From Felis catus (taxonomy: Eukaryota), in assembly GCF_018350175.1 (NCBI RefSeq), contig NC_058368.1:21888001-21952000 (forward strand): a DNA stretch of 64,000 nucleotides, in the 5' to 3' direction. The notes under the pieces were generated by a model. It saw nothing but the letters and a program-made list of their open reading frames with translations. It made no database searches and was not told the origin of the DNA. The translations under genes were made by a program, and so were the position numbers. Within the stretch, counting starts at the first letter, position 1. Each line of letters opens with the position of its first letter. Shown here one piece after another: positions 26,251 through 41,075 of this stretch.

Positions 26251-28379
26251 TAAACAGCAAACTGAAGCCAACCCCTCCAGCTCCCTGTGCTCTGCCTCCC
26301 ACCCTTTTCTTGCATGAGACAAGGAACATGAGTAATTTCGTATCTGTGTATGCTCTGAAATTCTATCATTGTCTAATTGTAACTCATAATGATTCATGTG
26401 CGAAGAGCTTGCTCTGGACTCCTTTTTATTTGTGTGTTTGTTGTGGATGGTTGATTTTGCACTGGATTGAATTCTTAATCTGGGATTCATGGGTCTCTAA
26501 AGAATCTATGAATGAATGGCCTTTTGAGAGTCTGAAATTTTGCATTTGGTGTGTTTTCTTGAAGTTAAGAATCAGAGCGTCATCATATTGTAGGCTTCTT
26601 GTGAGCAGAACTGTTTCTTATTCTCTGTATTCTGTAGTGCCTGGCACATAGTAGGCACTGGATGATAAATGTTTGTTGAACTGAATGAATATGGTACCAC
26701 CTGAAGGATACATTAAGGATAATTAGTGAACTAAAGTCTGGTACGGTTGGTTTTATAAATTTATAGAGAATATAAGGTAGAGAGCAACAGCCTTGGAGTC
26801 CAGCTAAGGCATACACCTTTAATGACACAATTAGCCCGTTCTTAGAGGTAGTATTTTGTCATCATTTGACAAGGCAGAGTACGCGGTATTGAGATTTACC
26901 AAACACCTGCAGGGATCTTCTCCTTTATCAAACTTAGGGATCCAAATGGACCATTATGTTTTGTATTTTCAAAGTGCATCCTATTTTTATTTGAAATTAT
27001 ATTATCATAAGCATTTGCTAAGGTCAAATATGGTTGACTTTCTCTGTGGCCTGACAGCAGATTTGGTGATTAAATTATTTCTAATAGGAAATGGATGTCT
27101 AGATTTTTTTCTGGCCTTTTCTGTGACACCATGAACTTATTTATTAGAAGTGCCCTTTTCTTTAGGTTGCATTTCTACCTAGTGATGTAATTTTAAATTG
27201 GTCATTGCCCTTTCTGTCCATTTGGTAATTCACTTTTAGCATCTTCTCTGTATCTCTCCCTTCTCCTTACTACTAATGAGTTCCATATTCTAGGGGTTAG
27301 GATATTGCTGATTAAAACCAGTTAGAACCACCTGGGCAGAGGCAAACATCTCAGCTCTAGTTGCTGGAAATTTCTCATTTTAAGTTAAAACCTATCCCAT
27401 CAAGTTTCCAGGAAAAAACCTTATGGCACTTCTACCTGTGCCAGCTGATCACTTTTTTAAATTAGCTTTCATTTTTCTCCTGCTAAGTATAGACGTTAGA
27501 TGCCATCTCTTCCCTGAGACTGCAAATGTGTTTCCCTGAGTCTGGCACAGTGTGGGCATATGGTTGGCCCTCAAGAATGTATGCTGAGTTTAATGAAATA
27601 ATGAGTTCAAATATATTTGAAACACCTTGCCATGAAGGTGTCCTTTAAAAAATGAAGAAAACAATAAAACCCTAAACCCCCCAAATATTAATACATTCAA
27701 TGTAGAAAACTTGGAACGTAGAAGACAAAAAGAGAAAGAATCACTTCTTTCTTTCTAGGCTGTATTTTTTTTTTGGGGGGGGGGGATTCTTCTAGGAGTT
27801 ACCTTGTATTTCCCTTAGTGCAATAGAATGTAGTAAGTAAATAAATGAAGTGTTTAGAATGTAAAAATAAAACCTACTAGCTGTATCTATAAGTTGATGG
27901 GAAGCTGCCACTAAGATTAGAAATTTACCACCAAAATATTGACTTTCAGAAGCTCCGCTTAGGGAGACTAGATGACTTTGCCTTCATTCTGTGGTTGAAA
28001 TGCTAGGAAGATGGAGACAACCTTCTCACATTTTTTCTGTTTCCTGTAAGTTCTTGTGGTTCCTCCATACCCCCTTTTGACAAGGTAATTTTGCAGCAAA
28101 TGACACACATAAAAGCAACAAAAATGTATCGGCTCAGTAGTTAGGAAGATTTTTCTGGTTGTTGTGGAGCCCCGGCATTCTGAATGCACTGTCAGTCTTC
28201 CTCCAAGTTTTAAGTGAAGAACAACCTGGCAGAGGAGCACTTCAGAATTCCTCCAGTACAAACCCAAATAAATGTTGCCATCAAGGGAGTAGATGTGAAA
28301 AAAACATTGTATCAAGATAGTTGTATCTTATTACACAAATTTTGAAATGTTTCTATTTATACTGTTTCTTTTCAGGAAA

Positions 28380-28574
28380 TGTTTGTTTTTTGTGTATTTT
28401 TGGGTTTTTTTTTGTTTGTTGGAAAGAGAACGCGAGCTGGGAGAGGGGCAGAGGGAGGGAATCTTAAGCAGTCTCCACGCTCAGCACAGAGCCCAGCGCG
28501 GGACTTGATGCCACAACACTGGGATCATGACCTGATACGATCTGTTCAACCCACTGAGCCACTCAGGCACCCCC
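28380..28574 (-). mobile_element. Older Can-SINE
   Basis: Diverged antisense SINE body ending gccactcaggcacccc. Confidence 0.85.
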
Positions 28575-28903
28575 TAGTGTATCTGAACATCAGGAGAAAT
28601 AGCTGGGAGGGAAGTATTATTTGTTGAACCAGAGTGGAGAGTTTTCCAGAAAATCCTCCTTGCTTAGCAATGTAAGTCCTAAGATTTTGCTCTTGGAAGC
28701 AATAAATATAAGGCCAGGAATCTAATTCCAGAATTAGTTTGGGATATGGGTGTTGAAAGTTTTGCGCTAAAACCAAATGGTCAGCATTTTTTCTTCTTTC
28801 CAAAATTAAAAGTTTTCTGTGACCAGTAAACTGTAAAGTATTTTTTGGTTAGTGAGAGTGCCTTTTCTTTATTTTGTCCTATTAAGACTTTAAGTACATT
28901 GTA

Positions 28904-29141
28904 GGGGTGCCTGCCTGGGTGGCTCAGTCGGTTGAGGGACTGACTTCCGCTCAGGTCATGATCACACGGTTTGTGAGTTCGAGCCCCGCGTTGGGCTCTG
29001 TGCTGACAGCTCAAAACCTGGAGCCTGCTTCGGATTCTGTGTCTCCCTCTCTCTGCCCCTCCCCAACTCATGCTCGTGCGCGCGCTCTTTCTTTCTCTCT
29101 CTGTCTCAGAAATAAATAAACATTAAAAAAAATTTTTAAAA
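28904..29141 (+). mobile_element. Can-SINE
   Basis: TSD aaga(c/t)tttaagtacatt. Confidence 0.95.
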
Positions 29142-30710
29142 AAGATTTTAAGTACATTCTAAAAACCAGAGACCACTTTGATATGGAATATTTTGTACCT
29201 GATATACTAGGAAACAAATTCTAAACTTACAGTTTTGGGGTTTTGTTTTATTACTACTTTAACAATAATTTTGGGCAAAGTTAGGTGTGGTTCACAATTT
29301 CTTGCCATCCAGAATATGTCTCAAGGGGGGCTTGTGACACATAGGTAGCCTGTCTCATCATGGCCAAGTAGCCTTCCATAGAAAAATTAGCATTTGACTA
29401 TTTTAGCTTTGGAGAACTTAAGACTGGATAAGAACTCCATTTAGGCTGCAATAGCGTTTTTTAAAATGTGGATATTTAGACCATCAATTGTGTTTTAAGA
29501 AGATCTGTGGAAAGGAAAAATGACTTATTCTCGGAATATGTAAATTATTGGAATAATTTAATTTAAACATTGAAAAATTTGGAATGAGTTTATAAATTAG
29601 AGTAGCAATTTATTTTTATCTTCCTTGCTAATTACAACAAATCTGACATTTTATCTGATTTGCCTTAGAGCCACTTTATAATAATTTCACCACAAAATGT
29701 CATGAATATGGAATTACTTCTGATATACCAAAAATATTGTATTAGAGCCCCTGATTTTACACTCTTTCCCACTTTTATATTCTGTCGGCCTTAAGAAGAT
29801 GCTTTCATTCTATTATGAATGTTTTTCATCTACGGGTCAAGTAATCCTTTTTATTCTTCTTGGAAATGTTTTATATAAACATTTAAACATATATAAGCTT
29901 TTATACAAAGCCCAGCAGTTCTGTTACAGTTAACTTACCAGTTGGGTAAGTGTTGTATTTTCTTTTCTGGATAATTGAAGATGTGATACATTTGCAGAGT
30001 GAGGTGAACAGATCATGTAGGTTCTCAAAATATTCAAGAATTATCAGGAAAATATTGATCTCGTTCACACATAAGAGGCAGGCTGGCTCAGGGCATCGGC
30101 TGCTAAGTGAGTTGCATGACTGTGCCACTCTGTTCATTCAGGTGAGCTTGCATATCCAGTTTCTCTCTCCAAGGGCACTCAGTGCTTCCTTTTCCATAGA
30201 TCTGCCTTAAGCAAGAGTCAGTTATTAAATAAGTTCTTTAAACAACCCAGCTCTAGGTTATTTTCAGGATTCTCTAGTTAGGTTTGTAATGTTTGAAACT
30301 GCTAAACGTTTTTTGAATACTGAGCTATCTTACCAATTCAGACTCATTGGAGGGGAAGGGAAGACGGTTTGCTAGAGGTGTTTTCATAAATGTATGAAGT
30401 GATTTATAACTAGAGGTGCCATCTGTGTACCTGTGCTATATAAAAAGTTCTTCAGAGTTTATACTCAAGATAGCCTTTGGATATACTCATTGTTTGACCT
30501 CTGAAGATCTTGAATTCCGGATCTGTAGACACTGTAATAAGGTTTTACAGTGCCAGAATTTAGTGCAATCTTCTTTGAATTTGAAATTGTATAATTAAGA
30601 GTCAATATTTAAAGATCCTCATCTGATACATTAGATGGTTTGAGAGACTTTGTGCTTATGACTGGTTATTTCTTCCTAAAATATGTGTAGATAAACTAGT
30701 TGTCTCTTTT

Positions 30711-30940
30711 TTTTTTTTTTTTAATTTTTTTTTCAACGTTTTTTAATTTATTTTTGGGACAGAGAGAGACAGAGCATGAACGGGGGAGGGGCAGAGAGAG
30801 AGGGAGACACAGAATCGGAAACAGGCTCCAGGCTCCGAGCCATCAGCCCAGAGCCTGACGCGGGGCTCGAACTCACGGACCGCGAGATCGTGACCTGGCT
30901 GAAGTCGGACGCTTAACCGACTGCGCCACCCAGGTGCCCC
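30711..30940 (-). mobile_element. Young Can-SINE subfamily copy
   Basis: CpG-intact body; TSD ctagttgtctctttt (30696-30710 / 30942-30956). Confidence 0.96.
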
Positions 30941-32281
30941 GCTAGTTGTCTCTTTTTGATAAATAAGATAAAGATGACTTTTCTCTCCTTGTGGAATATA
31001 ATTTAGTCCCAAAGCTGTGTATTAATCATTGGGTTATTATACCAGGAGTAGGACTTTTTCTTCAATAATTGAGAGGGAATGTTTAATATAGTTTAACATT
31101 ATAGTTTATTATAACACACGGAACATTCAGTTGCACTTCAGCCCACTGGGAATCTCTTATTTAAAAACGTGGATCTGGAGATTGTGCTGATATTTTAAAT
31201 GCATTGTGAATTCTCTAGAAAGCAAAACTCTTGTCAGCAACTGGCTGATACACATTAGATGTGGTTTATCTCTTACTGGTTATATGACTGGAAGGGGACA
31301 TCATTCAGCTAGGGACAGAGGGACCCTCAGAATAGGGAAGTATTTGTTCGCAGGGGTCTGCAATGAGAGAGTAGAAAGGAGACGTGTCTCTGTGTTTGTG
31401 TGGGTCCTTCCCCATTCTGCCTGACATTCTCATTTCATGGTGGCTGGAAACATGAAGCCAAGACGCTGCAGTTTAAATGTTGTCCAGTTCCTGGTTTGAT
31501 AGAACCCTGAGTAGTGACCTTCAGTGTAGCTGGCAAAGTTACAAAAATCAAGGTATTGGTGATAAGAGCTTTTAGTGTGATTTGCTGTTATATAGTCTTT
31601 GTATACATTCCAGTACCTAATGGATTTAATAAATACGTGTTCTGGCGTTTCAAGGAACAAACATGGTAGTGTTTTGCTGGGGATGAAAGACTCTGTTAGC
31701 ATTGGCAGAAATTTTTAACACTTGTATATTTTACTTCTGAATGTCGGTAGCTGATGACTTCTTTTGTCTGAGTGAAAACTCCAGACTGAATATTTTCCTC
31801 TGGACCGACTATCTGAGAAATTAGTGTGTGGGAGTGGGAGTGTGTCTTTCTTTGTGGCTTTAACAATGAAGGCATTTTTATCGTGGAGAGCGTGAAAGTG
31901 AATTTAAGGTCTGTGGAATTTTTTTTTTTTTTAATGTGTCTCCTTAGGACATCTCTTCATCACTTTTGTATTTCTTAAGGTCTTCCTTAAGCTAAATAAC
32001 CCACATCTTAATTCTTTTCTCTGACTTGACTGTGGTCAAACATACGTTGGAGTAAAGTTGCTTTCAGCTTTGTTTTTAGTTATTATTGAAGAAGAATTGA
32101 CGTATAATACTGTATTAGTTTCAGGTGTATGCTTTCAGCTTGTTAAAGTCTTTGCATGTGACCGGACTGTGTGACAGCCATGCGGAGGCTGTCCCCCCAT
32201 AGGCTCTGTGAATGGGTGTACGTTCTAGAGAGTCAGACTTGAGGTAGGGGAGGTATTGTGACTAAATAGTACGTGCTTTTC

Positions 32282-32509
32282 TTTTTTTACTTAAAAAAAT
32301 TTTTTTAAATGTTTATTTCTGTGTGTGTGAGAGACAGAGCATGAGCGGGGAAGGGGCAGAGACAGAGGGAGACACAGAATCCAAGGCAGGCTCCAGGCTC
32401 TGAGCTGTCAGCACAGAGCCTGACACAGAGCTCAAACTCACTCTCAGTGAGATCATGACCTGAGCTGAAGTCGGACACTCATCCGACTACTGAGCCACTC
32501 AGGCGCCTC
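32282..32509 (-). mobile_element. Can-SINE
   Basis: TSD aatagtacgtgctttt. Confidence 0.93.
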
Positions 32510-32567
32510 AATAGTACGTGCTTTTCTGATGCCGACCTATGTACAGTCACTTGTTTGCTTAGTTTGA

Positions 32568-32840
<273 letters not shown>

Positions 32841-35060
32841 AGCCCCAGGCTGCTGGGTTTTGTGAATGCTCTGGGGCACTGGCCATGGTGGCTGCTTTGT
32901 GCTCTGCGGGTGATGTAATTTTGCAGGTAAAAAACCCGTCAGCTTGTTTGTTTTTCACATCTTGAGACACCATTCTCCGCGTAGGAATGTATGAAGGATG
33001 TACAGCTTTTCCTGAACCCGTTCTAAACAAGTCTTGTTTCCAGATATGTGCATTTTAAATGTGACCTTAATTTGGCTGGAACATTGTAAAGGGGTGAAAG
33101 TTTAGCTGGTCGTTTGTGTTTTGTTTTGTTTTGTTTTTGATTAGAGGAACTGCTGAACTTGGAAAGGAGAAGTTTGCGGTAATTCTCCTGGCTCACATAG
33201 TAACAACCCTTTCGATCCCAGGAACTGGGATGGTTTGTGGATTGTGACATAGACATAAGAGGCCCCACCTTGAATTAAAGATGCTGACTTTGGGGCTTGT
33301 TGAAATGCTGCATCAGTTGCTAGTTCACTAGCCGTACTGTGAAGGAGTAGTGAAGATAGTTTGAGGTTTTTGTGTGTGTTTGTACTACTGAGGACCTTTT
33401 TTAACTTCATCGTGTATCAAAAAACAATATTCAGTTTAATATGAGTTAAACCTATTACGATGATGATTATGCAAAGATAAACTTGTAGGCTAGCCAAGGT
33501 TTCTCTTAAGAATTAAGTCCATAAAGAGTAGTAATTTAGGACTACCTGTAAAAAGTTGATATCGAAAGAAACTTTGGACAGAGGTCAATATTTTATAGAG
33601 TATCCACTACTATCCAACAGTGTTTTGTTTTATTAAGATACAGTCTAAGAGCTGAAGTTTAAATTTGATTCCCTACTGTTTCCCCCATAAACGCTAATCA
33701 TGAGAAGAAAGTAATGGCATATTCAGCATACTCTTGCCTTCCTAAATTATGGCTGCTAGACGATCAGATCCACTACATCTGACTCACAAGGTGTTCTTAA
33801 AACCAGCTTTCTGGCAGGACTTCATAGAATTTCTCTCTTTTATCTATAGGCCAAGTGTCACACCTTTGCTTGTTTGCAACTTCAGCTTTCGTTTTTTATT
33901 TCCTCGTCTTTTGATTGTGTTAGGTATAATATTTAGCACAATATAACTTTGAAAAAGGATCAAAATTACGATTTCTCTGAAAAGATCTTTTTAAATAGGA
34001 TCCTTTTAAGTTCAAGTTTTTTGGGTTTTTTTGTTTGTTTCTTTTTTGGTCTGGTTATGAACATGACTTTTGGAGGAAGAGTGTTCGTTCAACTCTGAGT
34101 TTTATCGTGTGTGTCTATTGAGCTTGCTGTAAGAACAAAGCTTTGTTCTCTCTGGCTCACAGACTCATTTCCATTTGTGGGCATTCCCTTAGTGAACGGT
34201 TTCCTGTTTGGAAGGTCCCTCATCTGAACTTGGAGCCCAAATACATTTTCAGAGTCAAATTAACAAGAGAGTGAAGATATGCTGCAGCTACTATTTTTAG
34301 CAGTGTCTCTGAGTGTGTCTGAGGGTTTGGATGGGAGTGAGGGCCCAAAGATAGGAATCCATTGATAAGTGAGATAAATTCAAACCTAGAAGTCCCAGCT
34401 CCCTTTTCCTGACCATGTTGCAAGTGATTGAAGCCCAGTCAGTTATTAATTAGGATTAGTTCTGCAACATGATAGAATTTTTCTTACTAGGTTGATGAAT
34501 GCACATTAATTTGATTATTAGCTATGATGGGTGGTGTTCATAACAATCACTGTTCTATAGGCTTATGATCTGGACAAAACAAGACCTGCGGTATGTTTAC
34601 TATTGCTCTTACTTGAAAAAACCTTAAAGCACAAATTAAAGTAGTAGATCCATTTCCATAGATTGTTCATTCATTCAACAAATATTTACTGAGGTTCCTT
34701 ATATAGGTAAAGAACCACTTCTCAGATTACCGAGTAATTTGTATGAGTGTGTATGTAGTGAAGAAAATGGAAATACGTTCTTTGAAAAGTACTTGAGTAT
34801 CTTTTTTTTTTTTTTAATACATTCTTATTTTTCTACTTGGTTTCATTGTTAATCATAGCAGGAAATGAAAACTGTTCTTTGAGTTGTTTTTTTCATCTGA
34901 TGTGATAATGAAAGCCAAAGTATTCATATTTCTTAAGATAACCCTAACTGTACTCTTGAACTTCTTACTGGAATAATATTTGATACTCTAGTATATAGGC
35001 TGTATTTATGTAATGTTTAGAATGACATATTAATAAATAATCTGTCAAGACATACATGCA
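32841..35060 (+). other. RCBTB1: RCBTB1 3' UTR (about 2.2 kb, 3' end approximate)
   Basis: Repeat-poor AT-rich sequence after the stop, ending at an AATAAA; repeats resume at about 35090. Confidence 0.7.
35032..35037 (+). terminator. Probable RCBTB1 polyadenylation signal
   Basis: AATAAA with upstream TGTA elements (about 35001-35012) and a downstream GT/T-rich element (gagttgtttttt, about 35061). Confidence 0.7.
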
Positions 35061-35089
35061 GAGTTGTTTTTCCCTCTCAAAAATCAGTA

Positions 35090-35470
35090 ATGTGCAGCCT
35101 TAAAACGGAAGGAAGTTCTAACACATGCTGCAACCTGGATGAACCCCGAGGACATTATGCTGGGTAAAATATGCCAGTCACAGAAGGACAAATACTGCAT
35201 GATCCCACCCACACAAGGTAACTAACATAGTCAAATTCACAGAGACAGAAAGCAGAATGCTAGTTGCCAGAGGTTGGAGGTGGGAGAGAGGGCTTAGGAG
35301 CTAATGTTTAATGGATACAGTTTCAGTTTTGCAAAATATAAAGAATTATGGAGATGGATGGTGGTGGTGACACCACAACAGTGTTGAATGTATGTAATGC
35401 ACTGAACTGCACACGTAAAGGTGGTTAGCTTGATAAATTTCATGTTCTATATATTTTTCCACCATTAAAG
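35090..35470 (+). mobile_element. Old L1 (L1MB-like) 3' end
   Basis: acacatgctgcaacctggatgaaccccgaggacattatgct...cacagaaggacaaatactg. Confidence 0.85.
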
Positions 35471-35582
35471 AAAATTGGTACTATGATTCTTAGCAGGTAT
35501 CAGGCTGAAAACAGGTACCACAGTGAACAGGTCACCTGTTTTTCAGTTGTATCCCCTACTCCCATAGAAATCTTTTGGTTTT

Positions 35583-35805
35583 GGGGCACCTGGGTGGCTC
35601 AGTCAATTGAGCATCCGACTTCGGCTCAGGTCATGATCTCACAGCTTGTGAGTTTGAGCCCCGCGTCGGGCTCTGTGCTGACAGCTTGGAGCCTGGAGCC
35701 TGCTCGGATTCTGTGTCTCCCTCTCTCTCTGCCCCTAACCTACTCACATTCTGTCTCTGTCTCTCTCTCTCTCAAAAATAAACATTAAGAAAAAAATTAA
35801 AAAAA
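35583..35805 (+). mobile_element. Can-SINE
   Basis: TSD aaatcttttggtttt. Confidence 0.94.
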
Positions 35806-36211
35806 AAATCTTTTGGTTTTATTTCTACTGAAAGATAATACGATTGAACTGTCACAGCAGAAAAATGCATCTGGATCCTTGTACGTATAAATGAAGGGAA
35901 GGACAGTCCCTATCCTCAAGGAACGTGTAAGTTATTAGGAGAGAGGAGAGAGAAGTCGAGGAATATGTAAAAACATATTTATAAACAACTTTTCACAATA
36001 GGTGGTGCGAGAAAACTTGATAGCTTATTATGAGAAATAGATGCTCTGAAGATAATGTCCTTCTCACTCATTCCAAAACAGCAGGTAAGTGGCATAAGCA
36101 AAGGCTTAGAGGTGGTGGCTGATAAGCCTTCCAGAACTTACCATTAGCAAGTTTGGTTAGAATGGAGAACATAAACCAGGGCCCATTAGGGGAAACGTGG
36201 GCAAGGAGAGG

Positions 36212-36237
36212 GTGTGTGTGTGTGTGTGTGTGTGTGT
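36212..36237. repeat. (GT)n microsatellite
   Basis: GT run. Confidence 0.95.
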
Positions 36238-36704
36238 TTGAGAACGTTTGTTTCCCATGGTGCCAGACATTATGCCCTATGCTTCACGTATTTTCTTCTT
36301 TAGTGTCCACGTTTTGTACCGTAAGGCATAAGGTAGGTAGAGTTAAGCTCAGACAGATTAAGTAATTTGATTGAAGTTTTTCGGTAGTGAATGACATAGC
36401 ACAAGTACAAACCCAGGTTTAATAGTTTGCCTAATATTTGCTTACTTAGTGACTGTCAAACACATGTTGCTCCATTGTGCCAAGTTGCCTCCCATGGTAG
36501 GAATGACAGATTAAATTTGAAGGTAAAGTGGGGGACAAAGGTTTTCTCTTAAGTAAAGATCATGACATCAAAACTCAGATAAGCTTTGCTATGGGATATA
36601 ATAGCAGGAGAGGAAGTTACAGTTGTCACCTGGACCAGGAGAAGTCTTCGTTCAGTGCATCTGGACAGAGTCTTCTGTAGTTTTTTTTTATATTCAGAAT
36701 TCTT

Positions 36705-39700
36705 ATTTATTGTGGTAAAACATAAATGAATTTACCATTTTAACCATTTATTTTTTATTTTAGAGCACGTTCAAGGAGAGGGACAGAGGGAAAGAGAGAG
36801 AATCTCAAGCAGGTTCCACATTCATCATGGAGCCAGATACTGGCACTGATCCCACAACCTGGGATCATGACCTAAGCTGAAATCAAGAGTCGGATGCTCA
36901 ACTGACTGAGCCAACCAGGTGCCCCCCTTGTAACCATTTTTAAGTGTACAATTCAGTGGTTTTAAAAATTGAAGCATAGTTGGGGCACCTGGGTGGTTCG
37001 GTTGAGCATCTGACTTTGGCTCAAGTCATGATCTCATGGTCTGTGAGTTTGGGGCCCATGTCAGGCTCTGTGCTGACAGCTCAGTGCCTGGAGCCTGCTG
37101 CGGATTCTGTGTCTCCCTCTCCCTCTGCCCCTCTCCCACTCATGCTCTGTGTCTCTCTGTCTCTCAAAAATGAATAAATATTAAAAATATTAAAAATTGA
37201 AGTATAATTGGCATATATCAGGTTTTCAGTAGGTAATTTGATAATTATGTACATTATGAAATGCTTACCATGGTAAGTGTATTTACCATCCCTTATCACA
37301 CAGTTAATACAGTACTACTGACCGTATTTCCTATACTCTACTCTTCATCCCCATACTTAATTATTTTATAACTGGAAGTTTATACCTCTTAATCCTTGTC
37401 ACCTATTTTGCCTGTCTCCCTGTCCCCCTCCTCTCTGGCAGTCATCCTATATTAATGAGTTTGTTTCTCTTTTCTGTTGTTTGTTCATTTGTTCTGTTTT
37501 TTAGATTGTTTATATAAGTGTAGTCATATTTGTCTTACTCTGACTTACTTCGCTTAGCATAATACCTCTAGTTCCATCCACATAGTTGCAAATGGCAAGA
37601 TTTCATTCTTTTTCGATGGCCAAGTAATACTCCATTGTATATATACACCACATCTTCTTTATCCATTCATCCATCAATGGACAGTTGGGGCTCTTTCCAT
37701 ATTTTGGCTATTGTCAATAGTGCTGCTATAAACATTGGGGTGCCTGTGTCCCCTTCGAAACAGCATACCTGTATCCCTTGGATAAATACCTAGTAGTGCA
37801 ATTGCTGGGTAATAGGGTAGTTCTATTTTTAATTTTTTAAGGAACCTCCATACTGTTTTCCAGAGTGGCTGCACCAGCTTGTGTTCCCACCAATGATGCA
37901 AAAGAGATCCTCTTTCTCCTCATCCTCGCCAACATCTGTTGTTGCCTGAGTTGTTTATTTTAGCCATTCTGACTGGTGTGTTGAGTCTTCTTTTTTTCTT
38001 GATGAGTCTGGCTAAAAGTTTATCAGTTTGGTTTGTCTTTTCAAAGAACCAGCTCTTAGTCTCATTGAACTTTTTTTTTTTTTGGTCTCTATTTCATTTA
38101 TTTCTTCTCTGATCTTTATTATTTTCTTCCTTCTGCTAAGTTTTGGCTTTGTTCTTTTTCTAGTTCCATTATGTGTAAAGTTAAATTGTTGATTTTCCTT
38201 GTTTCTTGAGGTATATTGCTATAAACTTCCCTCTTAGAACTGCTTTTTCTGTGTCCCAAAGATTTTGGATTACCATGTTTCCATTTTCATTTGCCTCCAG
38301 GTATTTTTTCTCTTCGATTTTTTTTGTTGATATATTGTTTAGTAACATGTTATTTAGCTGCCACGTTTGTGTTTCTTCCACTTGTAATTGATTCCTAGTC
38401 TCCTAGGGTTGGATATAATTTGTGATACATCCTTGGTATAATTTCGCTTGATACTTCACTTGATATGATTTCAGTCTTATTAAATTTATGAAGGCTTTTT
38501 TGTGACTGGTCATGTGCTGTGTCCTGGAAAATGTTCCATGTGCATTGGAATATGTATTCTGCAGTTTTAAATGGAATGTTATGTATATGTCTGTTAAGTC
38601 CATCTGGTCTCATGTATCATTCAGAGCCACTGTTTCCTTACTGATTTTCTGTCTCAATGAGCAAGGTATCCATTGGTATAAGTGGGGTGTTAAAGTCCCC
38701 TACAGTTATTGTATTGCAGTCAACTTTTTCCTTTATGTCTGTTAGTATTTGCTTTATATACTCAGGTGTTTTTATGTTAGGTATATAAATACTTAAAATT
38801 GTTATATCCTCTTACGAGAGTGGTCCCTTTATCCTTATGTAATGACCTTTTTGTCTCTTGTTACAGTCTTTGCTTTAAAGTCTATTTTATCTGATGTGGC
38901 TTGGTGGAGCACTTGGGTGGCTGTCACTTAAGGATCCAACTCTTGATTTTGGCTCACATCATGATGTCACTGTTGTGAGATTGATCCCCACACTGGGCTC
39001 CATACTGAGTGTGGAGCTTGCTTGGGATTCTCTCTCTCTCCCTCTGTCTCGGTCCCTTCCCCCAGCCTTTTTACTTTCATTTGCAAGATAAATATTTTTT
39101 CATCCCTTCACCTTCAGTCTGTATGTGTCTTTAGGTCTGAAGTGAGTCTCTTGTAGGCAGCATATAGATGGGTCTTGGTTTTTTTTTTTTTTTTTTTTTA
39201 ATCCATTCATTCACTCTTTTGATTGGAGCATTAAGTCTATTTACATTTAATTATTGATGGGTATGTACTCCTTGGCATTTTGTTAATTGTTCTCTAGTTG
39301 TTTTTGTAGTTCTGTTTCTTTCTTCTTCTCTTGCTCTTTTCCAGGTGGTTTGATGACTTTCTTTAGTGTCATGCTTGGATTCCAATCTATTTTTTGTGTA
39401 TTTATTATAGGTTTTTGATTTGTGGTTACCCCAGGGGTTTCTCATGTAACATCCCATGTGTTTAGCAGTCTATACTGAGTTGATGGTCAGTTCAGACACA
39501 CAACGGCGCTAAATTTTTACTGCCTCTTCCATGTTTTATGTATATGATGTCCTATTTCACATGTTTTTATTTTGTGTACCCCTTGGCCAATTTTTACTAG
39601 TTATGTAAGTGAACAACACACTGCTGGATGTGGCAGTGCAGGTGTGCGTGGGGCAGATGGGTTGGATGGATAGGTTCCTCAGGAGAACGTAGGGGCAGGG

Positions 39701-40600
39701 TACATGGTGATGGCAAGGTAGATGGAGAGTGTCAGAACTGACTCCTGAAAGCCTCTGGCTGTCTAGGGCTGGGGAAGGCAAGGAAAACACCAGCAAACAC
39801 TTCTGTTCCTGGAGAACAAACGAATTCTGCAGATCCCTGCCCCTCTGGCACATATCCTAAAGCCAGTCACTAAATCGTTAGCTGTATCCCAGGCATTTTC
39901 CAGACCACTGAATCTGTGCAGTGTCTTAGGTCGTCATTCAGTGTGCTGGCCATTTGAGGGCAGAGACTCCATTTCGTATAGCTCTCTGGCTCTCCCCAAG
40001 TTAAGCCCCATTGGTTTTTAAAGCTCCCAGAATTCAGCCCTGCTGATTTTCAAAGAGGAACCTGCCTTTACAGTGTGGATCCCCAGGGTGGGGGGTGCCC
40101 AATTTAGGGCCTGGGACCCCTGCTCCTTTGTGCCTAAGATGTCCCTACTATTTAGTGGGTAGTCATACCAGGGGTGTGGCTACTGATTGTGTCTCTGCCC
40201 CTCCTCCCCTTTTTTCTTTAATTTTTATTGATTTATTCTGAGAGTGTGTGTGTGTATGCGAGCAGGGGAGGGACAGAGAGAGGAGAGCGAGAATCCCAAG
40301 CAGGCTCCATACTGTCAACGTGGAGCCCGCCACGGGGCTTGAACTTAGGAACTGTGAGATCTTGACCTGAGCGCAAATCAAGAGTCAGACACTTAACTGA
40401 CTGAGCCAGGCAAGCACCCCTCCTCCTACCCTTTTCCATGTAGCCGCCTCTCTAGGTCTGTCGGTGGAAGACCTGTTCTGCCAGTCTTCAGGTTGTTTTC
40501 ACAGAGAGTTGTAGTACATATGCTTGTTGCCTTGGTGTGTCCCTGGGAGGTGAGCTCAGGATCTTTCCTAATCTGCTATCTTCCTTGACTTCCTCCTGTG
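36705..40600 (-). mobile_element. Composite of L1 fragments (ORF2 endonuclease and C-terminal pieces) with embedded Can-SINEs (about 36750-36925 -, 36982-37189 +, 38907-39065 +, 40211-40420 -)
   Basis: Minus-strand peptides [52 protein letters not shown] heads and tails. Confidence 0.85.
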
Positions 40601-41075
40601 GTTTCTTAAATGCTTGGGTGATTCTGATGTGCAGCTGAATTTAAAAGCCACTAGATTTAGATTGTTGTCACTCAGGTAATTATGAATTCAGCTAGGGTTG
40701 CCCTTAAAACAGGAATGGACATGTACTTTTCACCTATATCCTATTCTTCATTCAGTGGACATTTTTTGAGTACTTAAAACATGTGAGACACCATGCTGGG
40801 GACTTGGATCAAACTCATTTTGCAATGTGGCATTATTGTGTATCAGAGTAGTGTGGTAAAAAGAAATATGAATGTCAGGTTTTCAGGGATCAGAGTTGGT
40901 GCATAAAAATCCAAATTGTATTGTCAGAGAAAAGTCTTAGTGATTGTTTTTCATTCTTGTGTATTCCCACTGATGTTCTTTTGTAGTCATTTTAAATTTA
41001 AATACTTACTTTAAAGATGATATATGCCCATGTAGTGACTGCAGCCAAAAGGAAATTTAAAAAGCAGACTTTGTC

